From the NCBI GenBank assembly GCA_009692485.1, contig SHZB01000001.1, positions 48,960 through 112,959 of the forward strand: 64,000 bases of DNA, written 5' to 3'. The first letter of the stretch is position 1; every line of letters starts with the position of its first letter. Shown piece by piece: positions 60,983 through 64,000 of the stretch. Both the position numbers and the translations under genes were made by a program. The stretch comes from Myxococcales bacterium (lineage in GTDB: Bacteria; Myxococcota_A; Polyangia; Polyangiales; Polyangiaceae). The notes beneath the pieces are model-generated. The model made no database searches and was not told the DNA's origin. It worked only from the letters and a program-made list of their open reading frames with translations.

Positions 60983-62302
60983 CTACTCGTACTCGACGAA
61001 GAGCCCGTACTCGAAGCGGCAGGTCGCGCAGTACTTCGAGTTTGCTCTCACTCGAAGCAGGTGTTTGCCCGGAGTCAGGTCGATTGGCCGGAGTGCGTCG
61101 CAGCCGTCGAACAGCGAAGTCGACTTGATGACAGTCGTCCCATCTGCAGCGAAGAGAGTCAGCTCCGAGTTGACGGCAGCCAGCTCAGTGCTGCTCGTCT
61201 TGGTGAAATTGCAGTTTCCGCCGAAGACTGGGTAGGCAATAGCTGTCAGCTTTGTCTTACCGGCCGGCACGGTGAGTACGAAGTAGTCGGCATCCCCGCT
61301 TGGATCGACCGTTGCGAGCGTGTCGTGCACGTAGAGGCTGGCCGTCTTGGCTGTATCGTTGGGCTCTTGCTCGACGGCGATGAGCTCGGGAATGCACTGC
61401 GAGCTGCAGCCGTCGCCATCCGCGTCGTTGCCGTCGTCGCAGAGCTCTCCAAAAGGATGAGCCACCACCCCATCTCCGCAGGCGGCATGTTGGGTCACGC
61501 GAAGCTCGTAGGTTCCCGCGCCGACACCGGACACGACGAGGTACAGCGTCGAATTCTTGGGCACGTGGGCGTTGAAGCCCGAGATCGAGTTGATCAAATC
61601 CAGATCGTCGGAGCATACGAAGGGGGTCGCAGGAGCGAGGCAGTCCAAGTAGGCGCGCAGGACGGTATCGCTCAAGGTGCCGGAGGGGACCGTCTCGAAT
61701 GTGTAGGCACCCGACGCCGGTGCCGTGAAGCGATGAAGTCGCGCCGGGCCGAGGGTCTTGGCCGTGCACGCTGCGGTACCGAAGGCTTTGAGCGACGAGC
61801 CTACGGTCGTGGATTTGAACGAAGTCACGCCTTTCACCTGTGTGACCACCTTCGGATCGTTCAGATCGACGGCTCCGGCACAAATGCCACCCGGCGGAAA
61901 CGTACATTGCGCCGTGCACAGGGCGCCGTTCTTGTCGTCGCACAGCTCCCCCGGCTCGATCTTCGAGTTGCCGCACACGGGCTCGACGAGCGTGCAGTTC
62001 GACTCGCAGCCATCGCCGGCCGTGACGTTCTTGTCGTCGCACTTCTCGGGTATCTCGATGACGCCGTTGCCGCACACCGCGTTGGAAGCCGCGCCGCCGG
62101 TGCCTCCGTCACCGCCTTGGCCGGTGCCTCCGTCAGCGCCTTGGCCGTCGCCGCCCTGCGCCGCCCCACCGCCCTGAGCCGCACCGCCCTGCCCCGTGGT
62201 GGATGCTGCGGGGGCCGGCACCTCGTCGTCGCCGCAACTAGCCAGCGCCGCAATGAGTGCGACTAAGGTCCCGAGAGCCCCGCGTGAATTGCCTGTTGCC
62301 AT
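60983..62302 (-). CDS. secreted lipoprotein with Myxococcus-type cysteine-rich repeats and a pre-peptidase C-terminal (PPC)-like domain
   Basis: LIAALASCGDD lipobox. CGNGVIEIPEKCDDKNVTAGDGCESNC, CGNSKIEPGELCDDKN and CGDGVVAHPFGELCDDGNDADGDGCSSQC. C-terminal ...DPSGDADYFVLTVPAGK.... Confidence 0.7.
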   Translation of the reverse strand: MATGNSRGALGTLVALIAALASCGDDEVPAPAASTTGQGGAAQGGGAAQGGDGQGADGGTGQGGDGGTGGAASNAVCGNGVIEIPEKCDDKNVTAGDGCESNCTLVEPVCGNSKIEPGELCDDKNGALCTAQCTFPPGGICAGAVDLNDPKVVTQVKGVTSFKSTTVGSSLKAFGTAACTAKTLGPARLHRFTAPASGAYTFETVPSGTLSDTVLRAYLDCLAPATPFVCSDDLDLINSISGFNAHVPKNSTLYLVVSGVGAGTYELRVTQHAACGDGVVAHPFGELCDDGNDADGDGCSSQCIPELIAVEQEPNDTAKTASLYVHDTLATVDPSGDADYFVLTVPAGKTKLTAIAYPVFGGNCNFTKTSSTELAAVNSELTLFAADGTTVIKSTSLFDGCDALRPIDLTPGKHLLRVRANSKYCATCRFEYGLFVEYE

Positions 62303-62320
62303 GAGAGTTCGACTTGCAGC

Positions 62321-62746
62321 TCAGCCCGGCGCAACGCAGGACGACCCGCAACCACTCCCCAGAGTCCTGAACTCAACTGCGCCGTAGCACGCGAGGCAAC
62401 AAGCTTGGCATGCGAGTACGCCGTTGCCGCCGCCTATATCGTTGCCCAACTGGTTGCAATCGCCCTCATCGGGTCCGTTGCCGTTTTGATCGTACATGGA
62501 ACACGCAATGGTATTGGCGAACGGCGCAGGCGGCTTTCCGTACACTTCACAAAGGATCATCCCCCGCCCTTTGTTCGGGCACCAGTAGCCAACTGCCTCT
62601 TCCGCGCCCATCACGACGGGCGTATTGTCGCGTTCCAACGCGCTGTCCGGCTCACCCTCATCGAGCTCGGGGTCGTACTCGACCGCGCAACCGACGCCGA
62701 AGGCCAACCCGAGTGACGCCACCGCGACTACCCATGCGAGCTTCAT
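62321..62746 (-). CDS. small cysteine-rich lipoprotein, hypothetical
   Basis: MKLAWVVAVASLGLAFGVGC lipobox. 141 aa with 11 Cys including the lipobox Cys and a terminal CQACCLACYG cluster. Confidence 0.5.
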   Translation of the reverse strand: MKLAWVVAVASLGLAFGVGCAVEYDPELDEGEPDSALERDNTPVVMGAEEAVGYWCPNKGRGMILCEVYGKPPAPFANTIACSMYDQNGNGPDEGDCNQLGNDIGGGNGVLACQACCLACYGAVEFRTLGSGCGSSCVAPG

Positions 62747-62925
62747 GCGGCGTAGCTCATCATGACGTCGGCGTCGGTGTCAACGCACGGTGACACTTTT
62801 TTCGCACCGGCCTTTCAGCTCTTCGCGTGTGCCGCATTCATCGACGCGATTCGACGTCGACGCGATTCGATATCGCCGCGATTCGCAATTGACCTGTTTC
62901 GGTCCCGCCTGTAACAGCGGTCGCC

Positions 62926-64000
62926 ATGCGTCACCTCATGCGCTTGGGCCTGCTCGGCATTGTTGCGGGATGTGGCGGTATTTCCGCCGATCCCGGCACC
63001 GGCACAGGCTCCGTCACTGGCACGGGCACGGGCACTGGCAGCGGCGGCGGGGTGCCCTTGGGTGGCGTAACCGTGGAGCTTGTTGCGAGCGCCGATGGCA
63101 CGCGGTTTTCGAGCACGGCGGTCAAGGTCAGCTGGCCCGCGAGCGAAGGCGCCGACCATTCACGCGTGACCGCGACCGAGTCGGTCGGAGGGACCTCGGT
63201 GGTCGCAGATACCAAGACAGCGGAGGTCAAGCTTGCGGGCTTGAAGAGCAGCACGGCCTATTCCGTATCGGTGGAGACGTGCTTCGACGCCGGCTGCTCG
63301 GCGCCGGTCGCGCTCGGAAGTGCCAATACGACGACGCCCGAAGAGGTTTGGCACTTGCAGGGGACGGGCGCCGGCATATCCCAGCTTGCCAACGTCGTAT
63401 CCGACGGCAACGCAAAGATCTGGGGAATTTGGTACGGCCCGGATGCCCCTCCTTCGCTCGCGGGGCGCGTGCAGCTCTATTACGGAATGCTGCAGAGCAT
63501 GTCCGTCATGGGTCAAAACCTCGGCGTGGGATTGGCCAGTTCAGCCGCGGACGCAAAGGACTTATCGACCCTCATCCCGCTCACCGGCACCGCCGGAAAG
63601 GCCGGGCTCATCTCTCCGACGGCAGCGGGCGCGCTCATCGGCAGCATCATGACCGGGCAGGCGGTGCCGCTCGCGAGCGGGAAAATGCGCCTCTATTTCG
63701 AGACGAATGGCAGCGACTCCCATGCGCGCATCGCATCGATCGACTCGGTCGATGGCCTGGTGGGTCAGGACTTCAATGCTGGCGCCTCGACGATCTGCAA
63801 AGAGACTGCCGATTACGCACCCGCTGGCGGATGCGCCCCGACGGTGGTGCTCGGGGTAGACGGCGATGCGGTGCAGCCCGTGGCCCGCGTGGCCAATGTT
63901 CGGCAATTCAAGATTGCCTATCCCACGCTCGATTCCTGGGCCTGGGATGAGGCCCCCGGCACGTTCATGTTCTTCACGATCGATAAGGGCGGCCAATGCG
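62926..64000 (+). CDS. lipoprotein with fibronectin type III-like domain, N-terminal fragment (continues past the window end)
   Basis: Not in the ORF track because it has no stop. I translated the frame of ATG 62926 by hand and it stays open to nt 64000. N-terminus MRHLMRLGLLGIVAGCGG (lipobox), then a GTG linker. VKVSWPASEGADHSRVTATE...LKSSTAYSVSVETC is FN3-like. Confidence 0.65.
   Translation, partial: MRHLMRLGLLGIVAGCGGISADPGTGTGSVTGTGTGTGSGGGVPLGGVTVELVASADGTRFSSTAVKVSWPASEGADHSRVTATESVGGTSVVADTKTAEVKLAGLKSSTAYSVSVETCFDAGCSAPVALGSANTTTPEEVWHLQGTGAGISQLANVVSDGNAKIWGIWYGPDAPPSLAGRVQLYYGMLQSMSVMGQNLGVGLASSAADAKDLSTLIPLTGTAGKAGLISPTAAGALIGSIMTGQAVPLASGKMRLYFETNGSDSHARIASIDSVDGLVGQDFNAGASTICKETADYAPAGGCAPTVVLGVDGDAVQPVARVANVRQFKIAYPTLDSWAWDEAPGTFMFFTIDKGGQC

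Noticed and set aside
59284-62266. Minus ORF 59284-60402 and plus ORF 61061-62266
   Set aside because: They are antisense to the two lipoprotein genes and have shadow composition.
62790-63950. 386-aa plus-strand ORF in the track (Arg/Gly/Trp-rich)
   Set aside because: It is out of frame with the hand-translated ORF from ATG 62926. That ORF has a lipobox and an FN3-like domain and stays open to the window end. The track ORF has shadow composition.

Overview
High-GC bacterial chromosomal segment. GC was judged by eye and not computed. No homology search was run, so every family call comes from motifs I recognise in the translated ORFs. The gene content looks myxobacterial (Sorangiineae-like). 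The evidence is a Myxococcus-type cysteine-rich repeat protein, a MopE-type metal-binding motif protein, many lipoproteins, eukaryote-like Ser/Thr kinase and phosphatases, and a PSCyt-type cytochrome motif. I support about 55 protein genes. They include a complete histidine operon on the minus strand (hisG, hisC-HAD, hisB, hisH, hisF, hisA-hisIE, hisD). Also on the minus strand are a prs-rplY-pth block and an rpsF-rpsR-rplI-dnaB-tsaC block. Further housekeeping genes are uppS-cdsA, gdhA, gpmA, msrA, ctaA and a csp gene. There are two tRNAs, Gln-CTG and Glu-CTC. I found no rRNA, CRISPR array, transposase, integrase or recognisable defence gene. The window reads as core chromosome, not an island. 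The feature that ordinary annotation does not explain is a dense set of short tandem direct repeats, about 25 loci, sitting almost exclusively on gene boundaries. Many include the start or stop codon itself. Inside the his operon these repeats turn four gene junctions into chains of mini-ORFs linked by 4-nt ATGA/GTGA stop-start overlaps. The longest is an eight-overlap relay between hisB and hisH built from six 17-bp units. Downstream of three other genes the repeats place TGA in all three frames. Secondary points of interest follow. There is a eukaryote-type PFK-2/FBPase-2 and a PHM/DBH-like copper monooxygenase fused to a cytochrome c motif. A lipoprotein is made of four VWC/pacifastin-like cysteine repeats. 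A TsaC ORF runs without a stop into a signal-peptide-bearing DUF882 peptidase. HisC-HAD and HisA-HisIE are fusions. A 34-aa Lys/Ala-rich histone-H1-like mini-protein is followed by a tandem hairpin array. Most long antisense ORFs in the supplied track are high-GC shadow ORFs and were not called.
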